Origin: Amoebidium appalachense
Taxonomy: Eukaryota; Protista; Ichthyosporea
NCBI GenBank assembly: GCA_963693365.1
Contig: CAVNZM010000001.1
Span: 13,440,418 to 13,504,417 of the forward strand
DNA: 64,000 nt
Direction: 5' to 3'
In this document: piece after piece, positions 16,440-29,966 of the stretch
How the letters are laid out: every line of letters starts with the position of its first letter
Numbering within the stretch: the stretch's first letter is position 1
The notes under the pieces: model-generated
What the model saw: the letters and a program-made list of their open reading frames with translations, nothing else
Databases searched by the model: none
What the model was told of the DNA's origin: nothing
Made by a program: the position numbers and the translations under genes

Positions 16440-18628
16440 GACTGGAGCCATGTGCAAACGTAGACGGCGGGGGTTGGGCGGTATTGTTGGGGCTCGGATT
16501 CCCTTGCTCCGTGGTGGTTGCGGGAATGATGGGTTTCGTGTTTGTGTTGCTTGGATTTAGGTTCGTGGATGTTTGGGATGATGATAGTGGTGGGGAAGGT
16601 GTAGGAGCGTTGGGTTGTTGTTGTTGTTGTTGTTGTTGTGTTGTTGTTGTTTGCACTGTTGGTTTTGGTGATGGCGCCCCGTCACCTATTACAGGGTTGT
16701 TAGTTTGCTGTTGGTCGTGGGGTTTGACTGGGTTTGGGTCGGTGAAAGATATACCGCCCGCCCATTGTTGGGCAGGAAGTGATGTTTCCTCCGATTGGGT
16801 TTGCTGTGCTGGCGATTGTGGTTTTAGTGGCGTGTTTTGCGAAAAATTGTTATTCCCCCTCTGTGGTGGAAGAGCGTGGAATGTGGATGGCCGACCAAAC
16901 GTCATTGCTCCGGGGGGCTGGGGTTGTACATATGTCTGTTCCGCTGGGTTCCGCGGTTTGGGCGGCACAGTGTGTGGGTGAGGTGGGGTGGCTACGGAGA
17001 TGGTGGTGGTGATCTGCGGCGGCGGCCGCAGAGGGGAAGAAAACGTCGAAAACGCGGGGAAAGCGATACTGTTGTTGTTGTTGTTGTTGTTGTCGTCGTT
17101 GTTGGGGTTAACGTTTTGGGAGGAAGAGGGGGCGAACGTGCCGTAGAAAGCATGGTTGAACGATTGGTTCTCCGTCTCTCTGTTCGCCTTTGTGTCTCCC
17201 CCGCCCGCCGTAAACGATTTACTCAACCCCGCACGTGCCGCTGTTGCTGAGGCTGCCGCTCCTACCCCTACCGTGGGTGTAGGTGTGGGTGCTTGGTGTT
17301 GCACAACTGTCGCGCTCAAACCCAAAACCGTAGTTTCCGGTCTTTCCATCTTGTTTTTGTGCTCGTTGTTTTTGTGCATATTTCCCGTTGCTTGGTCAAT
17401 GGCTGTGGGGGTAAGAAACGACAAATCTTCGACCCCTCCAGAGGAGGTGTCGCAGTTCGCTTCGGTTTGCGCGTCGCGCGTGTGTTCGGCGTTGGCGGGC
17501 TGGTGTTTTCCGACGGATGGGGCGGGTGTGTTCTGAATTTCCACGTTCGTTGTGTTCACGTTCTCGTTCACGCCTGTGGGTATTGGTGCGGTTGGACGGG
17601 AGGTAAAAGGAGAAGGGAAAACGGGCTGTTTCGATGGAGAAAAATGAGTTGTCGTTGTCGAAACCGGTGCCGGTGGGTTTGTCGTGGGTGCCTGGGATAC
17701 CATTGGGTGGGGTGGCTGTGGTATCGGCAAAGAAGGCGGCGGCGCACCCAAAACTTCCGGTGGACGTTCATCGGAAACGGGGAAAACGGGCAATGTTCCG
17801 GAAAACGGAACCGATTTTCGCACCAGCGGCGTGTTCGGTTTGGAATTGCCTGCGACGGGCGTCGCGTTGGATTGCGGCGTTTGTTGAAAATTGGGGAGTT
17901 GGTGTGCGGCGGGGTCTGAAACAGGGGCCGGGGCGGGGGTGGGGGTAGGGGTGGGGGTCACAGAGTCGAAGTTGGGAATCTTGCGAATATCCCGGTTTTC
18001 CAATCCGGGAACCGGGTGATGTTGGGGGTGCCTCTCGGCCGTGTCAAAGTGTGCAAAACGGTGAATCTGAAACGCGGAAAACTCTACACTACTAGGCGTC
18101 GCATTCTGTATGTTCTTGGGCGTTTGTCCGTGTTGGCCGACGGGAGTGGGGGTGGAGGCGGTTGTTGTAAGGGCGGCGGTAGTGGTTGTAGCGGTGGTGG
18201 TGAATGAGTTGAACTGAGCAAGATTTGCTTGGGTGAGGGTGGTGGGGGCAGGCGGGTTTGCGGGTGCGACAGGCGTGGTGTGTGTGGCTGTAGAGGTTGA
18301 AGCTCGTGGTGGGAGAGGAAGGTGTGTGTCCGTGTTATCGTAGTGTGGTGGTGGTGGTTGGGTGGTGTTTTGCTGGTCTGCGGGTTGTGTGTGTGTGGTG
18401 GCGGTGGTGGGTGGGCGTGGTCGGGATTTTGGCACGGGGGGTAGGTCCTGTACATCCACAGAGACGGTGTAGGTGGTGCCTCCGGGCCTGTGTGGGGAGG
18501 CGTGTAAGTCGATTATAAATAAGTGCAAAATGTGTATGTATTCCCATTTTCATCACTTACTGGAATATACTAGCTCCCCCCCTTTCTCCCTCCCCTTCTC
18601 CCCCCCCCCCTAACTCTCTAAATGTGTG

Positions 18629-18680
<52 letters not shown>

Positions 18681-18820
18681 TCGCCCTTTTTCTCTCTTCC
18701 CCCCCAGCCCCCCCCTTCCCCCTTCCCATAATCTCCCACAACTGTATATTCCTCCTGTTCCGGTGTAGCTACGATACAGCAACATGCTGCACGTGGAAAT
18801 CCAGCAGGAAGTGGGGGGAA

Positions 18821-18852
<32 letters not shown>

Positions 18853-19484
18853 AAGAGAGAGAGAATGGAGGAGGGGACAACCACGGCATGATCACATCAT
18901 TTCACACTGAAGAATGGAAGTATGCAGGCAGACATGTTTTGATAAAGTATTTCTCCCCCCCCCCCCCCCCCCCCCCCCCCCAAAAAAAGGGCCACCCAGA
19001 CCCACACACACACCCACCCACGCATACACACGCACAACCGCCACCACGTGCCCACACCCCTCGATGCCCTTCTATTTTCAACCCCCACCCCACCCTGCCA
19101 CACCACCGGTTTGCCATCATCAAACATGAAAAAAAGATAAGAACACACACACACACACACACACACACAGCAACAGGTTCCCAAAAAAAGGGAGGGTGGG
19201 CACTGCGAAGGAGGGGGGGAGGGGGGGACGAGAGAGAGAGAGAGAGAAAGAGAAGGGGGGGGGGGGGGGGGGGGAGGGAGAGAGGGAGGGAGAGAGGGAG
19301 AGGGAGAGGGGGGAGGGGCGCGGACGCCGAGAGAAAGAGGGAGAGGGGAGGGGAGGGGAGGATGGACAGTGCCGCAAAGGAGACGGTTGGGGGATGCATA
19401 TGGGGCGTGATGAGTGGTGTTGTGTGTGGCATGTGTGTATATGTGTCTGTCTTGTGTGTGAAGCAGGCTGGGCCCCCTGGGGAG

Positions 19485-19519
<35 letters not shown>

Positions 19520-19822
19520 AGTGGATAAATAACAACAACCTGCAAACCACCTCTCTGGAAAGAGATGCGAGACAGGCACGACAGCACACACACGCAACAT
19601 CGAAGATATCATACATAGAGCAGCAGCCTAGAAGTATAGGTGGATATAGATAATATGGCACGAACATATGTTGGTTGAGCGGATTAGTAATGAGAAGAGT
19701 GGGGTAGTGCAGTAGAAAAACGCTGAGGGAATACAAACATGTTTAACAGATTCATAGGGGACTATGCCGTGATGGTAGAATAAACACTTTCAACACTATA
19801 CAACCAGCCATGTGCGCTACCA

Positions 19823-19859
<37 letters not shown>

Positions 19860-20207
19860 GCAGTTCTTAATAGGTGGTTGGGTGGGTGGGTGGGTGGGCA
19901 GGGGGGGGGGGGGGGGGGGTGAAGGGGAAGAGGGATAATGTAAAATGTAGCGTGTGGCACAGCACGTGTACGGAATGCAGCATGCAGCACCAACAACATG
20001 CAAGAAGTGAAAGTGCCAAACGGTCGGTGCTCCGGAGGGGGAATAACCATTGCAAATGGACGTACACAAAGCAAAGACACTCCATTCATGTGATGTCATT
20101 ATGGGTGGGAAAAAAGAAAGATAAACGTGTGCATGTAGAACAGCTTCTGCATGGGTGTATATTTCGAAGCAAGCCGGGCGTTAATGTGGATTGGATATGT
20201 GCCTGTG

Positions 20208-20303
<96 letters not shown>

Positions 20304-20766
20304 TGTGTGTGTGTGTGTGTGTGTGATAGAGAGGGAGAGAGAGGGGGAGAGAGAGAGATACAGAGAGTGTGTATGTGTATGTGTGTGAGTGCGCGCTGTG
20401 CACGCGTGTGTTTGTGTGTGCATGCTTGTGTTCGTCTGCAAAGTGCTTGTACGTGCATGGGTGGGTGTTGCCCGGGGGGGGGGGGGGGGGGGGAGGGGGG
20501 GTGCTGGGGGCCAACCCTGAGAGAAGGGGGACAAGGAAAAGGTACGGAAGGAGGGAGAGGTGGATAAGACCCCGGAGGGGGGGGGGGGGGGGGGGGTTAA
20601 GCGCAAGAGCACAATAGAACCAGGGGATTGGGCTCTCTAGAAAGCAAGCACAAGCACATCACAGAGGAGGTGCTGTTTCTTTCCCAAAGGGTGGAAATGG
20701 GTACGGAAAGCACATGTGTGGATTGGTTGTTCGAGTGGCTGCATATGGAAGATGCATATGGAAGAT

Positions 20767-20797
<31 letters not shown>

Positions 20798-22387
20798 AGA
20801 AGGCGTCCGGGAGAGGGGGGGGGAGGTGTGTTGTTTGTGTGTTATGGAGGAAGAAGGGAGGGGGGAGCGCGAAGAGGGGCGGGGGGGGGGGGGGGGGGGG
20901 GGGAGGCTTCGGAGGAGGGGTGGGGCGGTGGGTTGGTGGTAGTGGTGGTGGTGGTGTGGGGGGGGGGAAGAGGGGGGGGGGGGGGGGGGGGGGGGGAGGG
21001 GGGGGGGGGGGGGGGGGGGGGAGGCTTCGCGAAAAGGGGCTGGGCAGGCAGGAGCAAACAAGAGAGTAGGCAGAATACTAGAAAACACTGACATGGGCCT
21101 AGCGTGTGAATCGTGTGCACAAAAGGACTTTCCTCGTGCCCACAAGAAAATCAGCCCCGGTTGATGTCGTGGGAAACTGCAGCACAAACTCCGAACAGAA
21201 AGCCCAAAAAGCACAGGAGACAATATATAGCCCTAAGATTCCCCAAAACACCCAAAAAAGCCCCAGGAAGGTAACAAACTTTAAAGTTCATCCCGCATAA
21301 TCAGCAGCAAGAAAACATTTCGCAGGGGCATCCTTACGTGGGCACTGTGGGCAGTTGCGATGCAGCCTGGTGCTGAAACGAAAACGGAGGGGGGAGCCCC
21401 ACCCAAGGGTTGATTCCGCGGTGCCGTAGGTTGGGCCAGGGGTGTGATTGGTGTTTGAACCGTGCTAGGCCTGGACGTAACAATATTACCCACCGTCGAT
21501 GGTGTGAGCGGCATCCTGGAAAACGATTTGTGGCTTGCTGGTGTTTGGCGCTTGGCTGAAAGGTGCTCGAGCGCCTTTTGCCACTCGGGGATAAACCCTC
21601 CGGGGGTGGTTGCTGTTTGCTGGGGTGTGGTTCTGGGACCCTGCAGGGATTCGCTTGGCGCTGTCATGTTCTGAATGGGTGTTCTCGTTGGTTGTGGTGG
21701 GCGCTGTGTTTGCCTTGGTGTTGCGGCTCCGACACCCGCTTGTGATCTTGAGTATGCATTCACTTGCTCAACCAACACAAGATCCGTTCCGTGCACCGAT
21801 TGTTGTTGCTGGTTTTGCCCCTCGGTCTGGCTCACGTTAGCATGGTTTACCATAACGAGCGGTTGTCCTTCAGGCCCCGGTGGTGGAGATTCAACCCCAT
21901 AATCTCTCAGTTCATCCCCGGTTAATTTGTAGTTATGTTCTGGGTGTCTGCCATCCCCCAAAAAACCATTGTGTGGTATAACGTGGTCTTCTTGTTCCGT
22001 GTAGTAGTGGTTGCCGTCGTTAAGGAGTGATTCGCCGTAACCCTGAGCCATATCGTTCATAGTGAAACCCAAAAGCTGGTCCAAATCCTGTGACTGTATA
22101 GGCCTGTCGAGGAACGATGCATCTTGCTGCCCATCTGTGAGGTCGAAGTCGAGTGATAGGTTTCGCTTTATCTCTGAAAAGGAGTCTCCGCTGGGACCTG
22201 CATCACCGTTCGGAACATGAGTTTTGCTCCCTGCTGGTTTTTTCGGTGTGCTTGACGATGGCACGTATTTCTTGGGGAATCTTACGCTCTGCAAGAAGCT
22301 ATCTTCTACTAAGTTTGGAAGCTGCCTCTGTGCGTCTGGAAACACACTGAGGTTGACATCGTCGTCTCCACCACCGTCACGCTCCAT
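11317..22387 (-). CDS. Large Pro/Thr/Gln-rich disordered protein with C-terminal coiled coil, TM helix and KASH-like tail
   Basis: Exons 22387-21338, ~18447-15236 (one apparent frameshift near 16350), 14456-14341, 13385-13304, 12820-12744, 11470-11317. The last four junctions are phase-consistent GT-AG. The protein ends [19 protein letters not shown]...[37 protein letters not shown]. The link between exon 1 and exon 2 is less certain. Confidence 0.7.
16353..16440. repeat. (CAA)n exonic microsatellite encoding polyQ
   Basis: Uninterrupted TTG repeats on + strand inside the long minus-strand exon. Confidence 0.9.
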
Positions 22388-22969
22388 GTTTTTCTCGTGG
22401 TTGCTTGAAGCATGGGGAAAGCAATAAATTTACGTATCTATAGTCACGAACAATTTTTTGCCATCTCAAGAAAAGAACAGAGAAAGCCTTGAAAGGTCAA
22501 CGGGAATCGAAACAAAGCCCTTTATCACCAGCATTTTCATGTCCGCAGGTGATAACGGTTACAGATCTTGGATTTCGAATTTGGGCGCCCACAGTCGCGA
22601 TCGAAGCGCAATCGAAGTGAAATCGGTAAATAGGCGCGATAAAGATCGGCACTGCCTTGAATCGAAACGTCGGCGCTGGCGGGCCGGAAGACCATTCGAA
22701 GGAAGTGAGGGGAACTCAGTCAGTTGGCCAAACGATCGCATGTTTGCACACACATGGGAACCAACAAGGAAGTTGACTTGTACAACTCCACGTTCATGTA
22801 GTGATGTACATTGGTGTGGTTTAAGATAGTTTGACCTATTGGATCCCTGGGATCCTCAAACTGATTTCTTTTGATCAAGGCTAGGGGTACAAGGTTAGAT
22901 CCAGACGTAACGGGTAGACGTCCCAGTTGTGCCAACCACTGAAAACCGGATCAACTTGTTAATTAAAAC

Positions 22970-24092
22970 ATGGAACAGCAACCGGGTGAGGATGTACTCC
23001 TTCACTTGGAGCGCCTGGCAAAAGACATTAGCACGTTGTGTAGTCTCTATAGAAGCCACCCTTTACAGCCTCCACCATCGTCACACAAACCAATATCTAC
23101 AACATCCACACGGCCAGAGATCTTGGCAATGGTGAACCCCGCCCCTAACGAGACTGTCATGTTGAACGTCAGCGGCACCACTTTCCATCTGTCCAGGCGT
23201 CTTCTGTGCAGTGTCCCTGGCTCACTATTGGCGGTAGGCGATCTTTTTTGCTCTGTTCTAACCCCCCCCCACACACACACACCAACACCCTCTCCCTTCA
23301 TGGTCCCCCCCCCACCCCCCCTCCGTTCTCCAGATCTTGCTCTTCATGACAGCTTTTATTTACTACTAGAAACACGAAATTGACACTGCTGGGCTGGTTT
23401 ACCGTTTTTGTTCTCTCCTCTCCCTCCCTCCCTCCCCTCCCTCCCTCCCTCCCTCCCCCCTCCCTCTCTCCCTCCCTCCCTCTCTCCCTCCCTCCCTTCC
23501 TCCCTCCCTCCCTCCCTCCCTCCCTCCCTCCCTCTCCCCCCCTCCCCCCGCCCCCCTCTCTCTCTCTTCCTCTCTCCCTCTCCCCCTCTCTCCCCTTTCA
23601 CTCTTTCCGCTCGTCCCCCTCCCCCTCTCCCAACACACTCGCATCCGCGTGCACGCGAGACCCAGCCTCCCACCTCTTCCTGCTCCTTACCACCATCTCT
23701 AGTTTTAGTGTCATGCCTTTTCGTCCTTATAATATTGGTACCTTATGTAAGGGGTTTTTTTTTTGTGTGTGTCTGTGGGGGGGGGGGGGAGGGGGGAGGG
23801 GGGGGGGAAGGGGGGGAGGGGGGAAGGGGGGACACCAAATACCGGCTGGTTCACATTATTATGTGTTTCATGAAGTTTTTCCCCTAGTTCCAGAAGCGCA
23901 GCAGCAGAGTTCTCGTCCAACCTCTCAAGCCCCTCTCCCCCCCCCCCTCCTCCCCCCCCCCCCCCCCCCCCCGCCCAGCCACCCACCCACCTACCCACCC
24001 ACCCACTCACCCCCCCGCCCCCCTCCCTCCCCCCCCCCCCCCCCCAAAAAAAAAAAAAAGGGGGGGGGGAGGGGAAAGAAGAGGGGAGGGGG

Positions 24093-24140
<48 letters not shown>

Positions 24141-24557
24141 AAAAAGGAAAGAAGAAAGAAAGCTTTGGTTAAAGAAAAACAGGACGAACATCCTTATGGC
24201 GCCGGCTGCATGTCAACTGTCTCCACAGCTTCGTGCTCTAACTGGGTCTCTCAGACACACGATTTCTCTCTCTCTCTTTTTTACACTCTTATCCTTCCCC
24301 CTTTTGTGTGTGTCATCGGGTTGTGGTTATGAATGGCAGGTTGACTGGGTGAGGGGGAGGTGGTGGGGAGGGGGAGGGGGAAGGGGGCTCTTGCATGGAT
24401 GAGAATATTTCCCCGAGCTGAAGCCGGCGTGCCCCTAGCTGCCTAACCCAAATTTCTTTGACCCCCTGCCCTCCCCCCCCCCCCCCACACACACACACAC
24501 ACACCTACCCACCCACCCACCCCTTCCCCCCCACCTCCCCACCACTCCTCCCTCAAT

Positions 24558-24610
<53 letters not shown>

Positions 24611-24671
24611 GCACACACACACGCACGCGCACGCGCGCGCATGCACGTGCACACATGTACACCCTCTCTTT

Positions 24672-24748
<77 letters not shown>

Positions 24749-25830
24749 CTCCTCCTCCCCCTCCCACACACATATACACGCACACACGCACAAACAGCAA
24801 CTTTTCGATCCCTCTCACGAGCTGGCGACAAACGATCGCGGTGTTGTGTTTATCGATCGTGACCCAGCGGCGTTTTCACTCCTTGTTTCACTTCTGCGCT
24901 ATCCCCATCCACGGTATCTCCCCAACAATTTGTGGGACGAAACACTTCTGTTGAAAGAGGCCGAGTTTTGGGGCGTGCAGTCACTTCTACCTGCCGCATT
25001 CCTACGAGCGTATGCACAAGACTCGCAAGATTCACTTCCGCAAAACAAGAAAAAAGATGTGGAAAATACGCCTGAGAAAGAAAACGTTAAGGGAGAGAAA
25101 CCCGGTTCGGAGGCATTGGTAGCAGCGGAAGAGGTGCCTGCACATGTGGTGAAAACGGAAATCTCGAGTTCACAACACGGAAAAAAGGATGAGAAGGACG
25201 GGAAAAGGCAACAACAAAGTGAGATCCCTGGGCAGGAGGAAGGGATTTCGCTTCCCAATTTCCCGAAATCTGCTCCACCCGCACGAGCGGCGGTTACGCG
25301 TGACTACACGAAGATAACCAAATCAAAGGCGATGGTGGGCGGTTCATTTGACGTTTTTTCCAGTCCCACCGGAATCGGATTTACGGAAAAGTTGGTTCTG
25401 GTTTCCGATTACGGATCTGGAACCCTGTGCGCGTACGACCGAAGCAAGATCGAAGAGCAAATTTGGGCCGTGAAATACGGAAAATTCAAGCCACGGGGAA
25501 TGGGGGTGTCCTACGGGGGCACCTGTTTTGTCAGTTTGGACGACCACACAGTTAGGGTCATAGATTGCACGGCTGACTTTAAGAAAGGAGCCATGATAGA
25601 TGACCCGTCTATTTATAGCGTGCAGCTCCCGGGTTCCTTTAAGTCCCCTGCTGACATTGCCGTTGACGACACACACGGCAAGATCTATGTTGCCGATTAC
25701 GGCAATCGGCGTGTTCGGGAATTCGATCTTTTAAAGACTGAGGGGGGGTCAATCCTGAAGCCGTCTCATGACTGGCCCGTCGACGGTGTTCCTCACGGAT
25801 TGGCTGTGTTACCCGATGGGAAGGTTGGTG

Positions 25831-25870
<40 letters not shown>

Positions 25871-25989
25871 CCTCCCTCTCCTTTCCACCCACCCACCCAC
25901 ACATACAGCAACACCTCTTTTCATGCAACCAGGGTCCTCCGCATGCCTTTTTCTCTTTCCCCCCCCCCCCCCCCTTCCCCCGACATACC

Positions 25990-26070
<81 letters not shown>

Positions 26071-27111
26071 CCCCTCCCTCCGTCCCTCCCCTCTCTCTCT
26101 CTCTCTCCCCCCCCCCCCTCTCTTTCTCTCTCTCTCTCTCTCTCTCCCCCCCCCCCCCCCCCCCCCCCTCTCTCTCTCCCTCCCTCCCTCTCTTCTTCCC
26201 CCCCCCCCCCCCCCCCCCCCCCCTCACTCTCGTTCACACTCTCCCCCCCCCCTCCCCACCTCTTCTGGGGGAGACTTTCCACACGTATTCAGTGGTAGCC
26301 ATACATCCCCAGCCTGATGGAAATATTATATACCTCCTCCCCCCTCCTTCCCCCCCCCCCCCCCCCCCCCCCCTGGTTTCACTTTCGCTCATGTTGCCTT
26401 TACCATTCCTCTCCTCCCCACTCTCTTCCTCTTCCTCGTCTTCTTCCCTGCCCATCCCCCCTCCCCCCCCCCCCCCCCCCCCCTCCCCCCCCTCCCCCCC
26501 CTCACCACCACCACCACCCCGCCACCCAACCACCCACTATGAGAATGGGTTTTTCTGAATATCGCGCCCTCTCTTTCTTCGCTTCTGGGGGCCATTGCAT
26601 GCATTGCACTTGTGCTCTGCAGTCTGCCTTTGATATCCCCCCCCCCCCCCCCCCAAAAAAAAAAAAAAAAAAAAAAACGCACACACACACATATCACACA
26701 CTTGTGCGCGCGCGACCACACACACGCACACACACACCCATGCTGACCCGCCGTCAACCGCCGTTTACCCCACAGCTCGCCGTGAGCCTCTTTGACATGC
26801 ACTGCGTCGCCATCTTCGACCCCACCTTAAATTTCGATGAAATTTCGCGATTCGGTGAATATGGCGAGGGGGAGGGACATATGAACTGTCCTATGGGGGT
26901 TGCGATCGACGGGCAGGGGCTTTTGCTCGTTGCGGACGGACACAACGACAGGGTCCAAATTTTCACCCAAGGGGGGGTTCATAAGGCATTTTTGGGCACA
27001 AATGGGGTCATGGGTAGCCCTACGGCGGTGGCGGTGGATTTTCAGAGCGCAGGGGGGGAGGTGTATGTGGCGGAGTGTAGCTATGGGAGTGGGACTGTGT
27101 CTGTGTGGTGA
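22970..27111 (+). CDS. BTB/POZ (KCTD tetramerisation-type) + NHL-repeat beta-propeller protein
   Basis: Exons 22970-23233, 24798-25823, 26776-27111, all phase 0. BTB motifs: [10 protein letters not shown]...PGSLLA|QLF...[18 protein letters not shown]...[13 protein letters not shown] repeats: [72 protein letters not shown]. Confidence 0.88.
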
Positions 27112-27934
27112 GGGGTGGGGGAGGTGTGGGTGTGGGTGTGGGTGTGTGTGGGTGGGAGGGAGGGAGGGGGATGGGAGGGAGGGAGAGAGGGGGGGGGGGG
27201 GGGTTGACATGTCAACCGCACCTCTGTTGAGCCTTTTGTCTTTATTTATCCTCTTGTGTCCGCATTACACCAGGTGTTATATATGGTAGCAGGAGCTGTT
27301 GACTTTTGGTTACATGAAGTAATGCTTTCATATGACGCTGGCACGTAGATAAGAATATAGGCTTTTGCTGCTAATCTCACACGTGTTAAACTTTGGGTAG
27401 AATAGACCCGGTCTGCTTATAGATCGCCTAAAAACTAATCGTTCATAGGCATGAAACAACGGGATAAAACATACAAATTGCAAGAACCAACCAGACGTCT
27501 CAAATGGCCATGGTGCCATCAATATTCCATCATCTCCCCCCCCCCCCCCCCCCCCTCCCCCTCCACCACCACCACCACCACCACCCACACACACACCCAC
27601 ACACACACAGACACACACACACACACACACACACCAACCAACCAACCAACCAACCACCGTACCACAATAATACATGTGTGTGCTTATCAAAAGGGCTCGT
27701 CGTATGCACAGTGTATATACGCATAAGGCCTTCCCGGATTGATTCCATTTGACTGATATTGAACATCACCAATTATGCAGCACACCGCGTAATTCCAGAT
27801 CTCGTCTTGGTTGCAATGCTGAAAGATGCGCATGTCACGGTACACAGACATTTTCAAACCACCAACCAACCTTCACCCAATGGTATCTCTCTTTCCCTTT
27901 CAAATTTCCATCCCCTCCCTTCCTCCCTCTCCGC

Positions 27935-28823
27935 CTACGCCAGCCCCCTCTCCTCCCCCTCCTCCCCATCCTTCCCGTTTCCGCTCAAAAACCCCTTATG
28001 GTTCCCCTCGTCATGCAACGGTGTATGTCTCGCATCCTCGCATTTCTTCTCGTTTTCCGTCAGCGGCAGCAATTTCTTAGGCCCGAAACCGAGGTGTGTG
28101 TACACCCACTGGCCACATTTCTCCCCCGTCTGACCGAACACCCCCCCCTGCGTGGGCTCATAGTCGATGCCCACGCCGTGGTCGTTGAGTTGTTCGATCT
28201 CCGCGGGTACGTACACGGGTGGTTGGCCTGAACAAATTGGGTTAGTATGTGTAGAGGGTGATTAGTGCCGGAGGTTGGTGCATGGGCCATGATGAGGCAG
28301 GAAAATGTGTTGTTGGGGGAGAGATGCGGCTTGCTGTGGTGGTGGTTGTTGGTGGTCGGGCGGTGCGTATGTTATTCTTTTGTGTGTGTGTGTGTGCGCA
28401 CGCGCATGCACTGGTGGTTGGGGGCCCCGGGGGGAGGGGGGGGGGGGGGGGGGGGGTTGCTGCAAGAGCCTGACTCTGCGGAAGGGGATTGGGGGGGGAA
28501 GGGGGGGGGGGGAGGGGGGGGGGGAATTTGGGGAGGGGATAGCTTTGAGACCACGGAGGTGTCAAACATTTCAAAATGGGTAAAAAAGCTGGTGAGAGAA
28601 GACTTGGTATCAACGGGAGGAGGATGGGGGACGGGGGAGAGGGGAATGAGGGCAGTGGGTGGTTTGCGGTGGTGGGGGTGGTGGTGGTGGGGGTGGCGGT
28701 TGGGGGAGAGGGGTGGGGTGGGGTGATGGTCTTTCAGTCCTCTTATTTTCAGTCTTTTTCGGCATTCTTTCCTTTCTTTTCTGTTTCACTTTTTCAATTT
28801 CCTTCTTCTGTTTTTCTTTTGTC

Positions 28824-28894
<71 letters not shown>

Positions 28895-29700
28895 CGGGGG
28901 GGGGGGGGGAGGGGGGGGGGGGGGATGGGGGGGGTATTACCAGATGCCCTAGTGACAAACATTGAGAAGGCGAGGGACGCACAGGGTGCAGGGTTCGAAT
29001 CGACATAGTGGATGAGATGGTCCTGGGAGAGGAGGGACTCGATGTGTGTGCGGTGCACAAGAAGACCCCGGGGTAGCAAGAGGTTGGCTTGCGCTGAGGG
29101 GGTTAAGAAGATGGGGTTAAATCCTGGGTTGAGTTAGACCCCTCTCTCGGTCCCTCTCTTCTACTCCTCTCCCCTCCTTTGTCCCAAATACACCCCCCCA
29201 CACACACCGTGGCACACACACCCCCACCCACCCGAACACACACACCGATACCCACCACCGCACACAACTCCTCCCTCCCCCCCTCCCCCCTCCTCCTTCT
29301 TCCCCCCTCCATCCTACCCCACTCCCACGCACACACGCACACTCACTCACACCCCACGACACCATCATCCCACATGATTCACGTCACATTTCCCGGAATA
29401 TTCCAATTCCTCCCCCCCTGCTCGTTGACCCAACCGTCACACCAAAAATAAAATTTCACAAACACCACAAACGTTCGCCAAATCACCACATCACCACACC
29501 ACCTACCTCTCCGCCTGCTCAGATGAAGCAGGTCCCCCCTTGCCTGCACCCAGTATCTCGGTGTTGCGCCGACCAATCGCATCTTGTTGTTTAGCCACGT
29601 GCCCAACATGCATTCCAGTCCGTCCCTCGTGACAAGCATGTCATCCTCCACTAGGAGAACAGCATCCGTCTCGATGCGATCCTGAGTGTCGTACCTGTGT

Positions 29701-29750
<50 letters not shown>

Positions 29751-29916
29751 GAGGGGGGGATGGTTAGAATGCAGAATGCTGTTTTGAGTAGTAGAACCCC
29801 ACTGTGTAGCGTAAAGGGGACCATATATATCACTGACATAGAATAGACACACACAGGCACACGATCGTGCAACATAAGTAGAGTCCATATTTAGAGTAGT
29901 CTCGCTCGCTGGAAAA

Positions 29917-29966
<50 letters not shown>

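Noticed and set aside
18740-20720. Short unique stretches as extra exons of the KASH-like gene
   Set aside because: No convincing phase-compatible acceptor/donor pairs were found, so this is left unresolved without RNA data.
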